Numbered from the stretch's first letter, positions 48,858-59,851 are shown. The stretch: DNA of 64,000 bases from a bacterium (GCA_965240465.1 OZ251219.1:1376001-1440000), one strand, 5' to 3'. Notes: a model not told the origin generated them from the sequence alone. Translations and numbers: made by a program.

Positions 48858-49157
48858 TTAATCATCAAATAAGGCTTTTAGATTATCTCGTGCGGTTTCT
48901 ACTTCTGAAGAATTGTCTGCAGTTATAGGAGGTCCTTCACGGAAGAAGTCACAGAAATTAGCAACGGTTTTGTCTTTCACAAGTTCGGCAGAGGGCTCTT
49001 GGCACTGGTTAGGAGCATCTTTGCTATAAAAGGAACACATTCTACAGCAACGCAACCAAGAAGAACATCGGGGACAGGTGGCTTGTCTCCCTAGTGGCTG
49101 AGGGAGGTCAGAGATGTTGATGCTACAACTCCAACATGATAAAGGTGTTTTAGTCAT
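48858..49157 (-). CDS. Cys-rich putative zinc-binding hypothetical protein
   Basis: CWSC, CPRC, CRMC, ANFCDFF. Confidence 0.75.
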   Translation of the reverse strand: MTKTPLSCWSCSINISDLPQPLGRQATCPRCSSWLRCCRMCSFYSKDAPNQCQEPSAELVKDKTVANFCDFFREGPPITADNSSEVETARDNLKALFDD

Positions 49158-49232
49158 TGGCGGTACTGGTCCTTTTTGTAATCCTTAAAGCATTAGCATT
49201 ATGGAGAAAAAGTAAGTATACACAAAAGCACA

Positions 49233-50837
49233 CTAGCGAAACTTAAGGATTGTTCTTTTCAACAACCGCCACCAATTAAGGGCTTGTTCATCGTGCAACA
49301 GCACGGTTAATACCCAATATCCCAACCCGCCACAAACTAAACAAAGGGAAAATATTAGCCAGTTATGGGGTTCAAAAGCCCCTAGTTGCCATTTTCCATA
49401 AGATTGCAGTTTGGCAATCACCAGCCCCACTAAGACCGCCACCCCAGTTTGACGAAAAATTGCCCGCCATGGCGTCCAAGCACCACGGTCGTGGGTCTTT
49501 TTATTGAGCATAAACCACAAGATGATGCATTGTAGCCACACCCCTAAACTAAGTGCACCCGCTAAACCAGAAACCATAAAGCGTCTGCTCAGTAGCCAGC
49601 CACTAGGGATGGTCACCATCATATTAGCAGCAGCGGCGATAACTGGTCGGCGGGTATCACCATAAGCATAAAAGACTGGAGTCATTACTCGCACTGCAGC
49701 AATGGCAGGCACCCCCAAAGACATCCACTGCAAAGCACTGGCGGTAGATAAGACATCCTGCAGTTGGAATTCTCCGTGCAGGTAGAGCATGGCTACAATC
49801 GCCTGACTGGCTGCAATAAAACCAGCCACCGAGGGTAACAAAGGATACAAGGATGCCGACAATGTTAAACGCATTGTTTTTCGCACGCGTTGCCAATCTT
49901 TGCGGGCTATGTGGCGACTTAGAGTAGGTAGCCCAGCCGCTGAAAAAGCAAATGTAAATATCCCCAATACTAACTCCGTCAGTCGAGTGGCATTGTGATA
50001 ATGAAATATTTGACCCGTAGGCAGAAAACTAGCCAAAATTCCCAATAGCAAAATATTCGCTTGATACACTGCCAAACCCAGCAATGCCGGACCCAACAAA
50101 CGACATAACTCCCTGACATGAGGCCCTAAATAAAACAAAGGGGAAAAAGAAATCTTTTCTTTTAAGAGCCAAGGACATTGCAACAATACTTGCACTACTC
50201 CGCCCACCAAAACCCCCACAGATACCATCATCACTGGAGGAGATAACCAATTCCAAGGAGCTAACACTGCCACAATAATACCCAAATTTAAGAAAATAGG
50301 TGCTGCAGCAGGTGCTGCAAAACGACCATGTGCATTCAAAACCCCCATCGCCCAAGCTACCGAGGATACCAATGCCAAATAAGGAAAACTCCAACGCAGC
50401 AAGCGAACACTCAAGGCAAACTTATCTGGGTCCGCTAAAAAACCCGGCGAAGATACTGCCATTACCGCCTCGCTGAAAAAAATACCCACCCCACTTAGCA
50501 AGCTCGTTACCAACAACACCATCCCCAAGGTCTGACGGGCAAACTCACGCGCAACATCCTCTCCTTGCTCATGCAAAACCCGAGTGTATAAAGGCACAAA
50601 AGCTATTGTCATGGCTCCCTCTGCCGTTAAACGACGTAGGGCATTTGGCAGTCTAAAGGCCTGTACCCAAGCATCGGTTGCTCCAGATGCCCCAAAACGA
50701 TTGGCTAACAGCAAATCACGGGCCATCCCAAAGAACCGCGATAAAATAGTGTAAAATGTAATTATCCCCGCCCTAAGATAAACTTCCTCTGCATCATCCT
50801 TACCTCTACCAGCATCTTTATTTAGATAATTCTTCAT
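49233..50837 (-). CDS. murJ: Lipid II flippase MurJ/MviN
   Basis: SRFFGMARD, AFRLPNALRRLTAEGA, FYAYGDTRRP. Confidence 0.92.
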   Translation of the reverse strand: MKNYLNKDAGRGKDDAEEVYLRAGIITFYTILSRFFGMARDLLLANRFGASGATDAWVQAFRLPNALRRLTAEGAMTIAFVPLYTRVLHEQGEDVAREFARQTLGMVLLVTSLLSGVGIFFSEAVMAVSSPGFLADPDKFALSVRLLRWSFPYLALVSSVAWAMGVLNAHGRFAAPAAAPIFLNLGIIVAVLAPWNWLSPPVMMVSVGVLVGGVVQVLLQCPWLLKEKISFSPLFYLGPHVRELCRLLGPALLGLAVYQANILLLGILASFLPTGQIFHYHNATRLTELVLGIFTFAFSAAGLPTLSRHIARKDWQRVRKTMRLTLSASLYPLLPSVAGFIAASQAIVAMLYLHGEFQLQDVLSTASALQWMSLGVPAIAAVRVMTPVFYAYGDTRRPVIAAAANMMVTIPSGWLLSRRFMVSGLAGALSLGVWLQCIILWFMLNKKTHDRGAWTPWRAIFRQTGVAVLVGLVIAKLQSYGKWQLGAFEPHNWLIFSLCLVCGGLGYWVLTVLLHDEQALNWWRLLKRTILKFR

Positions 50838-50849
50838 TTATTTCAATGC

Positions 50850-53570
50850 CTACAATAATTTCTGTATAAGAGAAGGTGCTTGTTTAAGAGCATGGGAGAG
50901 TTTTTCCAAATTAGGAGCATTGGCAGCTGCTAGATGAGGAGGACCACCCCCCTTGCCATCTGCAAATTGAGCCACTTGGTTGACGATAGTACCGGCTTTC
51001 AAGCCTTTTTTGACTAGATCATCAGAAACGGCACAAACAATGATCTGCTTAGATTGAACTAGTGAGGAAAGCAGAGTAACGCTGGGATTGAGCAGTTTTC
51101 GCAGTTTGTCAGCGAGGGTTTGAAGTTCTTCTAGAGTACTTGCTTGAATTTGTTGGGTAATCAGCTTGGTCCGATTAGGAAGTACCTGGGCTGTTTTTAG
51201 AAGGGATTGGGCTTGATGAGTTTGTTTATCTTGTTGGAGGATTTTTATTTGCTGCTTAAATTCTTTGCCTTGCTGGAGTAGCTGCTGTATCTTTTGGTGG
51301 AGCTGTTGAGTGTTTACCTGCAGAAGTTGTTTACATTGATTGAGGACTTGGTGTTCTTGCTGGATCCATTTTTGTGCGGTTTCGCCAGTGATGGCAGTTA
51401 TGCGTCTAATGCCCGAGGCGATACTACCCTCAGAAGTAATCTTGAAAAAACCGATTTTACCAGTTTTAGGCGTATGGCAGCCTCCGCAAAGTTCCTTTGA
51501 GAAGCTACCGATGGTTATGACACGTACTTGCTCTCCATATTTTTCTCCAAACAAGGACATTGCCCCTTGAGAGATTGCTTGATCGTAGCTGGTGTGGTGA
51601 GTCTGAATGGGGATATTATCGCGAATAGCCTGATTGGCAAGGTGTTCTATCTGATTAAGTTGGTCTGGGTAGACTTTTTCAAAATGGGTGAAGTCAAAGC
51701 GTAGTTGCTGGGGAGTTACCACAGAGCCTGCTTGGTGGACGTGTTCTCCTAATACCTGCCTTAAGGCTGCATGGAGAAGGTGGGTCCCAGTGTGATTACG
51801 CTGAATGTTATCCCTCCATAATGGGGAGACAACAGCCTGTAGACACCCATCTTCAGGCAATATGGAGGAGAAAGAAGCTGGGGTGCTAGATGATGCTACG
51901 GATGACTTTTCAGAAGCTTTAGAAGAAGGCAAGACTTCGCAGATATGCAGGATTAGATCACCCTCTTTGTACACATCTATCACCGAAAGGCAGCCTGTTA
52001 GGGACGAAAGCGTTCCTTTATCTGCGATTTGACCTCCTCCTTGGGGATAAAAGGGGGTTTTGTCAAGTAGCAAGATAAGCTGCTGGTTGTCAATCATCCA
52101 GCGGCGGATGGTAACATTAACAATAAGTTCTTGGTAGCCAATGAATTGAGAATTCTTGCCATTGGTAATGGTGTGCCATGTACCTCTTTGATGGGGGATG
52201 TTTCTGGCAGCTCGGGCTTGAGATTGTTGCTTTTTCATGCATTGCTTAAAGCCTTTAATCTCCACAGAGATATTTTTTTCGCGTGCCATCATTTCGGTGA
52301 GGTCAGTAGGAAAGCCATAGGTATCGTATAAACGGAACATCTCTTCGCCGGGTAGGATGTTTCCGGGCAGCTGAGAAATGACGGAATTAAAGCGTTCCAT
52401 CCCGCGGGCAAGGGTTTTATGAAAACTTGCTTCTTCAGCTTCAATCACGTGGGATGTGTGGGTGGCTTGTTTGAGTAGTTCGGGAAATGTTTCTCCCAGC
52501 ACCTTGCCTACCAAAGGAACAAGCTTATAGATAAAGGGTTGTTGTTGCCCGATAACGCTGCCAAACCTCACCGCCCGACGCAACATTCGCCTCAGTACGT
52601 AGCCGCGTCCCTCGTTGGAAGGCATTGCACCATCCGATATGGCACAGCAAAGGGCACGCAGATGATCGGAAATTACTCGGGCCGCTATGCCATCATCGCC
52701 AATAAGACAAGCTGAACCACTTATATCCTGCAGGGCTTGCATTATGGGAGTGAATAAATCGGTCTCGTAGTTTGAGTTCTTTCCCTGTAGCACTCGTGTG
52801 ATTCTCTCCAGCCCCATGCCAGTGTCCACATGCTTGGATGGCAACCGAGCTAGTTGCCCTTCCTCACTGCGATTGAACTGGATAAATACAAGATTCCATA
52901 GTTCAATAAAGCGGGTACAGCCTTTCATGTTCACTGCACACTCTCGGTTTGCAGTGCGACAACTGATGCAGTCTACTTGGGAACCTAAATCGTAGTGTAA
53001 TTCACTGCAGGGGCCACAGGGACCACTACTTCCCATTTCCCAAAAATTATCATCCTTACCAAAATGTAACACCTTTGAGGATGGCAGAGGTGTTACTTCA
53101 GTCCATATGGCTTCTGTTTCGGTATCGGGAGGCAATTTTTCTGCTTCGTTGCCTGAAAAAACTGTGGCATAAAGACGGCTATCATCTAGTTTCCACTGCT
53201 CTACTAGTAGTTGCCAAGCCCATTGAATGGCTTCACGCTTGAAATAATCTCCGAATGACCAATTACCTAGCATCTCAAAAAAAGTGTGATGATATTGATC
53301 TAGGCCGACATCTTCTAGGTCATTATGTTTGCCGCTGGCACGGATACACTTTTGGGAGTTGACTGCACGTGTGTATTCACGCTGTCCAATTTCCGTGAAC
53401 ACATCCTTAAACTGATTCATGCCTGCATTGACAAATAGCAGGGTGTGGTCGTCTAAAGGGACAACAGGAGCCGAACGTACAAATTGATGCCCACGCTGCT
53501 GAAAAAACTCTATGAAGTTTTTTCTGATTTTTGCAGCTGAGTAATGGGAATTCATAAGAACAACAAGCAA
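50850..53570 (-). CDS. alaS: Alanyl-tRNA synthetase
   Basis: NAGMNQFK, HHTFFEMLGNWSFGDYFK, DTGMGLER, HTGTHLLH, ELCGGCH, GKGGG. Confidence 0.96.
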   Translation of the reverse strand: MLVVLMNSHYSAAKIRKNFIEFFQQRGHQFVRSAPVVPLDDHTLLFVNAGMNQFKDVFTEIGQREYTRAVNSQKCIRASGKHNDLEDVGLDQYHHTFFEMLGNWSFGDYFKREAIQWAWQLLVEQWKLDDSRLYATVFSGNEAEKLPPDTETEAIWTEVTPLPSSKVLHFGKDDNFWEMGSSGPCGPCSELHYDLGSQVDCISCRTANRECAVNMKGCTRFIELWNLVFIQFNRSEEGQLARLPSKHVDTGMGLERITRVLQGKNSNYETDLFTPIMQALQDISGSACLIGDDGIAARVISDHLRALCCAISDGAMPSNEGRGYVLRRMLRRAVRFGSVIGQQQPFIYKLVPLVGKVLGETFPELLKQATHTSHVIEAEEASFHKTLARGMERFNSVISQLPGNILPGEEMFRLYDTYGFPTDLTEMMAREKNISVEIKGFKQCMKKQQSQARAARNIPHQRGTWHTITNGKNSQFIGYQELIVNVTIRRWMIDNQQLILLLDKTPFYPQGGGQIADKGTLSSLTGCLSVIDVYKEGDLILHICEVLPSSKASEKSSVASSSTPASFSSILPEDGCLQAVVSPLWRDNIQRNHTGTHLLHAALRQVLGEHVHQAGSVVTPQQLRFDFTHFEKVYPDQLNQIEHLANQAIRDNIPIQTHHTSYDQAISQGAMSLFGEKYGEQVRVITIGSFSKELCGGCHTPKTGKIGFFKITSEGSIASGIRRITAITGETAQKWIQQEHQVLNQCKQLLQVNTQQLHQKIQQLLQQGKEFKQQIKILQQDKQTHQAQSLLKTAQVLPNRTKLITQQIQASTLEELQTLADKLRKLLNPSVTLLSSLVQSKQIIVCAVSDDLVKKGLKAGTIVNQVAQFADGKGGGPPHLAAANAPNLEKLSHALKQAPSLIQKLL

Positions 53571-53696
53571 ATAAATAGGGTAAGCAGTGCTTGATTATAA
53601 AAAATAAAGATACATGCATACCTTCCAAGTTTTGCCTGAGTTTTGCAAGGCATAAGCAGGCAGAAAGGTAGCCATATTTTAGGTGATTGATGAACA

Positions 53697-55241
53697 ATGA
53701 GCGAAAATAAGGAACTATATCCCTATGAAGAAGGGCAATCAGCATCTCACGGGCAACCAAGGGAAGAGTTCGGACCAGAACCCGATGGACAAGATGAATT
53801 GCAAGATTTCTTTCGTGATTTGTCTTCCCTAGACGATTATCAAAGCTCGCCTGAGACTACTGCATCTTCAGATCCAGAGATCAAGCAATGGATTAAAGAG
53901 CCTGAACCCACTTCTCCCACAGTATCTTCTTTTCCTTTACCGACAACGGATGAATCACTGAATTCCACTTTTCCTATACCTCCTAGTGGATCTGACACGA
54001 AAGATATTACTGACGATCCATTCTTTGACCGATCAAGACGTTCAAAGTTTCGTTGGCTGGGTTGGTCATTAATAGGCCTGTTGGCAGTGTTGTCAGGCAT
54101 GTTTTCCGTTAATTACTTCCAGCAGCAAAAAGAACATCTGCCATTGTACTCGGTTAAATCTGCTGGGATAGCCATTGTAGAGCAAATTAAATCAGCAGTA
54201 ACAAAGGTACTAAATGGATTGAAAAACACGCTAGATGGCTTTGGCAAATTGATAGCCAATGAACCAGTGCCTTGGCTGACAGAAAAAATAAAACAAGCTA
54301 AACCACCTGTTTTAGAAAAAAAGCCAGTGATAAAAACCAAGAGTGTTTCTAGAAGTAAGCCTAAGAAAACGGCGAAGAGTAAGCAAATTGTTGCTGTTAA
54401 GCCTGTACAGGCTGTCAAGTCAAAGTTTCCATCTCCACATACCTCGTACCCCAAGCCTTCTCCTCCGCTAGTTGTAAAATCACCAAAAATTCCTCCATCA
54501 GCTCCCCTGCCGCTAGTGCCAATTAAACCCAAGACTGCGAAGAAAAAAATAACTTTTGAAGACATCCTTCCTTCCCCAGTAGAAGAGGTTGTTGAACAAA
54601 CCGAAGAAGAAATATTTGATGAACTATTCCCCACAGAAGAAAGATCACCTTACGATAAGCCAAAAGATATTGCCGTCAAACGCACCACCCCATTTGTGCA
54701 GGCATCTCCTATCCAATCTCCATTTTCTTTTATTCTGCCCGAAAAAAACATGCCCTTTGGTAAATATATAATACATACAGCCACCTGTTTTACCGAACAA
54801 TGCCTGAAAAACTTTGCCCTAGTCCTTAAAAACCTTGATCAACAGCCATTCTTCCGCACTGAAATAAAAACAAAACAAATTTTAGAGGTTCTATCTCTGA
54901 CTGTGTTTCCCAGCCAAGAGCAAGCCCGAAACATTGCTGATTTTGTCAATCAAAACAGCTCTGGACTATCCTCTCAGGCACGGGCGGTAAGAAAAAATAA
55001 TGAATGGTACGTCTCGCTGGGGCAATACTCAGAACTTAGAGAAGCACAAAATATACGTACAATGACTAATAGGGTGGCTGCTACTGAAGCAACCTTCCAA
55101 ATCCAAGTCGGTAGCTTGGCACAAAAAACATATCAGGTGATTATTGGTCCCTTCTCCAATCGTATAATTGCTGAAAACACCATCCAAGAACTGAAAACAC
55201 AAAATACAAAATTTTCTAATGCCGTAATATCTATCCGCTAG
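53697..55241 (+). CDS. Membrane-anchored protein with Pro/Lys-rich stalk and C-terminal SPOR-like domain(s)
   Basis: Acidic N-terminus, one TM, WYVSLGQYS..EA and YQVIIGPFSNR..A. Confidence 0.6.
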   Translation: MSENKELYPYEEGQSASHGQPREEFGPEPDGQDELQDFFRDLSSLDDYQSSPETTASSDPEIKQWIKEPEPTSPTVSSFPLPTTDESLNSTFPIPPSGSDTKDITDDPFFDRSRRSKFRWLGWSLIGLLAVLSGMFSVNYFQQQKEHLPLYSVKSAGIAIVEQIKSAVTKVLNGLKNTLDGFGKLIANEPVPWLTEKIKQAKPPVLEKKPVIKTKSVSRSKPKKTAKSKQIVAVKPVQAVKSKFPSPHTSYPKPSPPLVVKSPKIPPSAPLPLVPIKPKTAKKKITFEDILPSPVEEVVEQTEEEIFDELFPTEERSPYDKPKDIAVKRTTPFVQASPIQSPFSFILPEKNMPFGKYIIHTATCFTEQCLKNFALVLKNLDQQPFFRTEIKTKQILEVLSLTVFPSQEQARNIADFVNQNSSGLSSQARAVRKNNEWYVSLGQYSELREAQNIRTMTNRVAATEATFQIQVGSLAQKTYQVIIGPFSNRIIAENTIQELKTQNTKFSNAVISIR

Positions 55242-55271
55242 CTACTCCAAGTGACTAAAACTAACATAAAA

Positions 55272-56072
55272 TCACTCAGATTCTTTCAGGATTAACACTG
55301 CCGCACAGGCAGCCCCAAAGCCATTATCTATGTTGACAACCAACACCCCCGGCACACAGCTGTTGAGCATAGTAAGTAGGGCCGCGATGCCTTCTAGTCC
55401 AGATCCGTATCCAACACTGGTGGGAGTGGCAATCACGATGGCTTTGGTGAGCCCTGCTACCACTGCAGGTAGGGCACCATCCATCCCAGCTACCACAATG
55501 ATAACTCGTGCCTGCTGAAGTATCTGCTGATGTGCTAGCAATCGTTGGATGCCAGCTATACCTACATCGGCAACTAGCTTGGGTTTTAAGCCTAGCCACA
55601 TAGCAGTTTCATAGGCTTCTGTTGCGACTGGAATATCGGCAGTGCCTGCTGAAAGAATAAGTAACTGGTTTGGGAGATCGCTATTGTGAGGGATGGTATT
55701 TATGGTTTCAGGCTTCAGGTGTGAAGCAAAGGCGAGGGTTTGTGCTTGTGGGTGTCGGCGTCCTTTGAGGGCTGTTGCCCACCGAAATGATAGATCTTTG
55801 AATCTTTTTTCTGAGAGCTTGGTAATCAGTAGCCGTTTTTGGTGAGAGAGAATTTGCGAGCAAATATCTACCAGCTGATCAGTAGTTTTACCTACCGCAA
55901 ATACGGCCTCGGGTAGCCCAGTACGCTGGGCGCGTTGATGATCCAGCTTGGCAAAGCCCAGCTCTTGAAATTGTTGTGCCTCCAACTCTTTCAAAGCCTC
56001 AGCTACCGATAGATCCTCTTGCTGAATGCACTTCAGCATGGATATCACTTGAGACATATCCATGTTTGCCAT
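55272..56072 (-). CDS. larB: LarB/CpmA (AIR carboxylase-like) protein
   Basis: DHQRAQRTGLPEAV, AGTADIPVA, DVGIAG, VAGMDGALP, PTSVGYG, VVNIDNGFGAA. Confidence 0.88.
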   Translation of the reverse strand: MANMDMSQVISMLKCIQQEDLSVAEALKELEAQQFQELGFAKLDHQRAQRTGLPEAVFAVGKTTDQLVDICSQILSHQKRLLITKLSEKRFKDLSFRWATALKGRRHPQAQTLAFASHLKPETINTIPHNSDLPNQLLILSAGTADIPVATEAYETAMWLGLKPKLVADVGIAGIQRLLAHQQILQQARVIIVVAGMDGALPAVVAGLTKAIVIATPTSVGYGSGLEGIAALLTMLNSCVPGVLVVNIDNGFGAACAAVLILKESE

Positions 56073-56090
56073 TAATTAAATCTGGAGAAA

Positions 56091-57551
56091 TCAGTTTGCC
56101 AGCTTCTTCTTTAGAATTTTGGTAACCATCACCGGATTAGCTCTTCCCTTAGTGGCACTCATCACCTGACCAACAAAAAATCCGAACACACGCTCTTTTC
56201 CATCCCGATACTGCCCTACTTGCTGGGGATATTTTTTTATTACACCCTCAACAATAGCTGTCAATTCCCCTGAGTCACTAAGCTGGATCAGCCCTTCTGC
56301 TTTGACAATCTCCTCTGGAGAAAGTCCGTTGGCAAACATTTTATCAAACACTTCTTTTGCTAGCGTACTACTTAGCTTTCCTTCCTTCACCATCTTAATC
56401 AGTTGGGCTAGTTCTCGTACCCCGAACTTTAAATCAACCACACTGCATTTTTCTTCGTTCAGGCGGGCAGCCACCTCTACCATCACCCAATTTGCGGCTT
56501 GCTTAGCAGGAGCACCTTCTGCCAGCAACCCTTCAAAAAGTATTACATACTGAGGCTCATTCACCAGCACATTAGCATCATAAACTGAAAGTCCATACTC
56601 CTCCATATACCGAGTACGCTTCTGGTCTGGTAGCTCAGGTAACAAAGCACGTTGCTTTTCCACCCAAGTCTTATCTAGCACTAACACTGGTAAATCAGGT
56701 TCAGGAAAATAACGATAATCATGGGCATCCTCTTTGGAACGCATGACATAAGTCATTTTGTGCTCTGGATCATACAGGCGTGTCTCTTGATGTATTTCTC
56801 GTCCTTCCAATAACTCCTTTCTTTGGCGAATGATTTCATGCTCTACCGTTTGCTGCACAAAACGAAACGAGTTCAAATTCTTGGTTTCTGTGCGAGTACC
56901 AAATTTTTCATGCCCCTTAACTCGCAAAGACACGTTCACATCAGCCCGTAAATGTCCTTCCTCCATATTCCCTAAACTAACACCCAAATGGATCACTAAC
57001 TGATGAACCGTCTCCATGTACGCCTTAGCTTCTTCTGCTGAGTTCAAATCGGGTGCACTAACAACTTCCACCAAGGGGACTCCAGCCCGATTCAAATCCA
57101 CATAACTGGAATTCTTGTCACGCCCTTGATGCGACAATTTCCCCGCATCTTCCTCCACATGAATACGAACAATCCGTACCCGCTTTTTGCGTGGCAGATT
57201 TCTAACCTCATCATTGCCAAGCACATCAATTTCCAACCAGCCGTTTTCACACAAGGGCTTATCATCTTGCGATATTTGATAAGACTTGGGCAGATCAGGA
57301 TAAAAATAATTCTTGCGGGCAAATTCGCTATTCAAATTGATCTCACAATGCGTCGCTAATCCTAATCGTACTGCCAGTTCAATCGCCTTAGCGTTAACCA
57401 CTGGTAACACCCCTGGCAACCCCAAACAAACAGGGCAGGTATTTGTATTAGGAGTAGCCCCATAATCATTACTGCAACTGCAAAACAACTTGCTTTTAGT
57501 TGCTAAACGGGTATGTATTTCTAACCCGATTACAGGTTCAAATTCAGTCAT
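56091..57551 (-). CDS. gatB: Asp/Glu-tRNA amidotransferase subunit B
   Basis: IGLEIH, RKNYFYPDLPK, EEDAGK, YRYFPEPDLP. Confidence 0.96.
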   Translation of the reverse strand: MTEFEPVIGLEIHTRLATKSKLFCSCSNDYGATPNTNTCPVCLGLPGVLPVVNAKAIELAVRLGLATHCEINLNSEFARKNYFYPDLPKSYQISQDDKPLCENGWLEIDVLGNDEVRNLPRKKRVRIVRIHVEEDAGKLSHQGRDKNSSYVDLNRAGVPLVEVVSAPDLNSAEEAKAYMETVHQLVIHLGVSLGNMEEGHLRADVNVSLRVKGHEKFGTRTETKNLNSFRFVQQTVEHEIIRQRKELLEGREIHQETRLYDPEHKMTYVMRSKEDAHDYRYFPEPDLPVLVLDKTWVEKQRALLPELPDQKRTRYMEEYGLSVYDANVLVNEPQYVILFEGLLAEGAPAKQAANWVMVEVAARLNEEKCSVVDLKFGVRELAQLIKMVKEGKLSSTLAKEVFDKMFANGLSPEEIVKAEGLIQLSDSGELTAIVEGVIKKYPQQVGQYRDGKERVFGFFVGQVMSATKGRANPVMVTKILKKKLAN

Positions 57552-57839
57552 CGTATCTTTATATGAGCATCGTAGAAATATGTATGAATTGCTAGATTAT
57601 TTATTTCGTCTGTAAATGTATCTTCTTCCTACGAGTTTAATATCTATATTCAAAATACATGCAAGACTTTTATCAAGGATTTATAAGCGAACTACCTTTT
57701 TTTGATAGATTTTATGTCTGTTATCGCCTTTTTTGTTTCACTTCTTGGGGTTCAAGTATACAATGTCTTCTGCAAAGTCTACTGGTCTTTCGCTTCTTAG
57801 TGGGTTGCTTTACTTTACGAGACAATTGTAGCGACGATA

Positions 57840-58778
57840 ATGACTGTACATCACAAGATAATCATTTTAGGCTCAGGCCCTGCTGGTCTAACGGCGGCTA
57901 TCTATGCTGCCCGTGCCAACCTAAAGCCGTTGGTGTTGATGGGTGATCAACCTGGTGGTCAGCTCACAATTACCACCGATGTGGAAAACTACCCGGGCTA
58001 TCCTGATGGTGTTACTGGCCCTGCAATGATGCAAGACCTTGAAAAACAAGCGACCCGCTTTGGGGCTATTTTGGATCGGAATACTGCGTTATCGGTCAAT
58101 CTCAGAGAGCGTCCTTTTCAGATACAGTTGTCACCAAATGCCCAGAACCATAAGCTGCATTGTGATACCCTAATTATCGCTACGGGGGCTAGTGCTAGGT
58201 GGCTAGGATTACCATCTGAGTTAAAATTTCAAGGGCAAGGAATATCTACCTGTGCCACCTGTGATGGATTTTTCTTCAAGGACAAGCAAATTGCCGTGGT
58301 TGGAGGCGGCGACACCGCTATGGAAGAAGCTCTTTTTCTGACTAAATTTGCCGAGTCTGTTACTATTATTCATCGCCGTGACAGCTTGCGCGCTAGTACG
58401 ATCATGCAAGAGCGAGCTATAAAAAACCCCAAAATTCGTTTTATTTGGAATTCTGTCATTAGAGAAATTCTGGGAAATGAAAAAGATGGGGTTACGGAAA
58501 TATGCCTGAGTAACACCGAAACAAACAAAGAATCGCAGATACCCATGCAAGCCCTGTTCGTGGCTATTGGACATACTCCCAACACTAAAATTTTCAAAGG
58601 ACAACTGGATTTAGACCCGACAGGCTATATCAATATTGCACCAGAAAGTACACAAACCTCCATAAATGGAGTGTTTGCTTGTGGTGATGTAGCAGACCAT
58701 GTGTATCGTCAGGCTGTCACCGCGGCAGGGACAGGTTGCATGGCTGCCATAGACGCAAACCATTTTTTAGAGGTTTAG
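57840..58778 (+). CDS. trxB: Thioredoxin reductase
   Basis: GSGPAG, CATCDG, GGGDTAMEEA, YRQAVTAAGTGC. Confidence 0.96.
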   Translation: MTVHHKIIILGSGPAGLTAAIYAARANLKPLVLMGDQPGGQLTITTDVENYPGYPDGVTGPAMMQDLEKQATRFGAILDRNTALSVNLRERPFQIQLSPNAQNHKLHCDTLIIATGASARWLGLPSELKFQGQGISTCATCDGFFFKDKQIAVVGGGDTAMEEALFLTKFAESVTIIHRRDSLRASTIMQERAIKNPKIRFIWNSVIREILGNEKDGVTEICLSNTETNKESQIPMQALFVAIGHTPNTKIFKGQLDLDPTGYINIAPESTQTSINGVFACGDVADHVYRQAVTAAGTGCMAAIDANHFLEV

Positions 58779-58927
58779 GGAACGCAGGTAGTAAAAATCT
58801 CTAGTTGTAAGATATATAAGCAATAAATTTAACTTTGGCGTGCTGTAACTTCTTGCCTATAGAGTGTAATAAGTTTTATCATCCAATATGTGAGGTGGTT
58901 TTGGATGTTTTGTAATGTGAGAGGTCT

Positions 58928-59185
58928 ATGGAGAGGCTAGTAGATATCTATGTGGGGCCTTTGTTAGTCACATTTGGAGGGATTCTAAGTGTAGTGGGGG
59001 TGGTGTTGGCGATACACTCATTGTATCGGTGTATTCCGTTTGAGGGAGAAACTTTGAATAGTCGCTATAGTGATGTAATTGGGTACCATGAGCGTAAGGT
59101 TCAGCGTCGTCGTGGGACGGTAGGACTGTTATTGCATTCTGTGGGGATGGCATTGATTGCTGCAGGCGTGTGGCTGTTGAGATGA
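58928..59185 (+). CDS. Small two-TM hypothetical protein
   Basis: gagg SD-like before ATG; two hydrophobic segments. Confidence 0.55.
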   Translation: MERLVDIYVGPLLVTFGGILSVVGVVLAIHSLYRCIPFEGETLNSRYSDVIGYHERKVQRRRGTVGLLLHSVGMALIAAGVWLLR

Positions 59186-59306
59186 AGCTGTATGGGGTTG
59201 TTTTAGAAATATGACCAACATTTTCCAGTTCAGAATGTTCTGAGAAACTAGTTTGTATAAGACACACCATGTATAAGTGAAACAGGGTTACTTCTGTTAA
59301 AATGTT

Positions 59307-59819
59307 ATGCCAAGGAGGAGCAACATGGGTCTCTTGATGAGGATATTCTATCATTTGGTAGGATCGTCGGGGTTGGTTGTTTGGCTAAGTGCTTGCGGGA
59401 ACGGTACGGAGTATGCGGATTCCTTGCCGTTACTATTTGTGAAAGATGTTGCCATGCATGAGGGCACCCTAATATCAGATGAAAGTTGCCAAGAGAAAAG
59501 ATCGGTTTGCACCAAGTTTCCAGTTGTAGTAAAGCGTAATACAACAGAATTCTCCAGTAATATAACATTCTCCTCTCAAACAATTGACGGGACAGCTCAG
59601 GCACCTGATGATTACATCCCGTTAGTAGACAGTTTATCAACCTTGAACATAGGCAGGTTGGATACCTCGTTTTTTATCTACATCAATGGCGATGTAGAAG
59701 TAGAAGACGAGGAGTATTTTATGGTTAAGATCACGAATATAAAAGAAAATGGAGATCCACGTATGCCAGCCAGTTATGAAGTCAAAATCACCATAATCAA
59801 CGATGACGTAGGTCGTTGA
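59307..59819 (+). CDS. Calx-beta domain putative lipoprotein
   Basis: Lipobox LSAC; TIDGTAQAPDDY...INGDVEVEDEEYF...ITIINDD; aggagg SD suggests start at ATG 59325. Confidence 0.75.
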   Translation: MPRRSNMGLLMRIFYHLVGSSGLVVWLSACGNGTEYADSLPLLFVKDVAMHEGTLISDESCQEKRSVCTKFPVVVKRNTTEFSSNITFSSQTIDGTAQAPDDYIPLVDSLSTLNIGRLDTSFFIYINGDVEVEDEEYFMVKITNIKENGDPRMPASYEVKITIINDDVGR

Positions 59820-59851
59820 GCCTATTATTGTCTGCATGAGAGGTTGTCAGT

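Noticed and set aside
57659-57946. 95-aa ORF overlapping the trxB start
   Set aside because: Spans the divergent gatB-trxB promoter region and overlaps trxB out of frame; no motifs.
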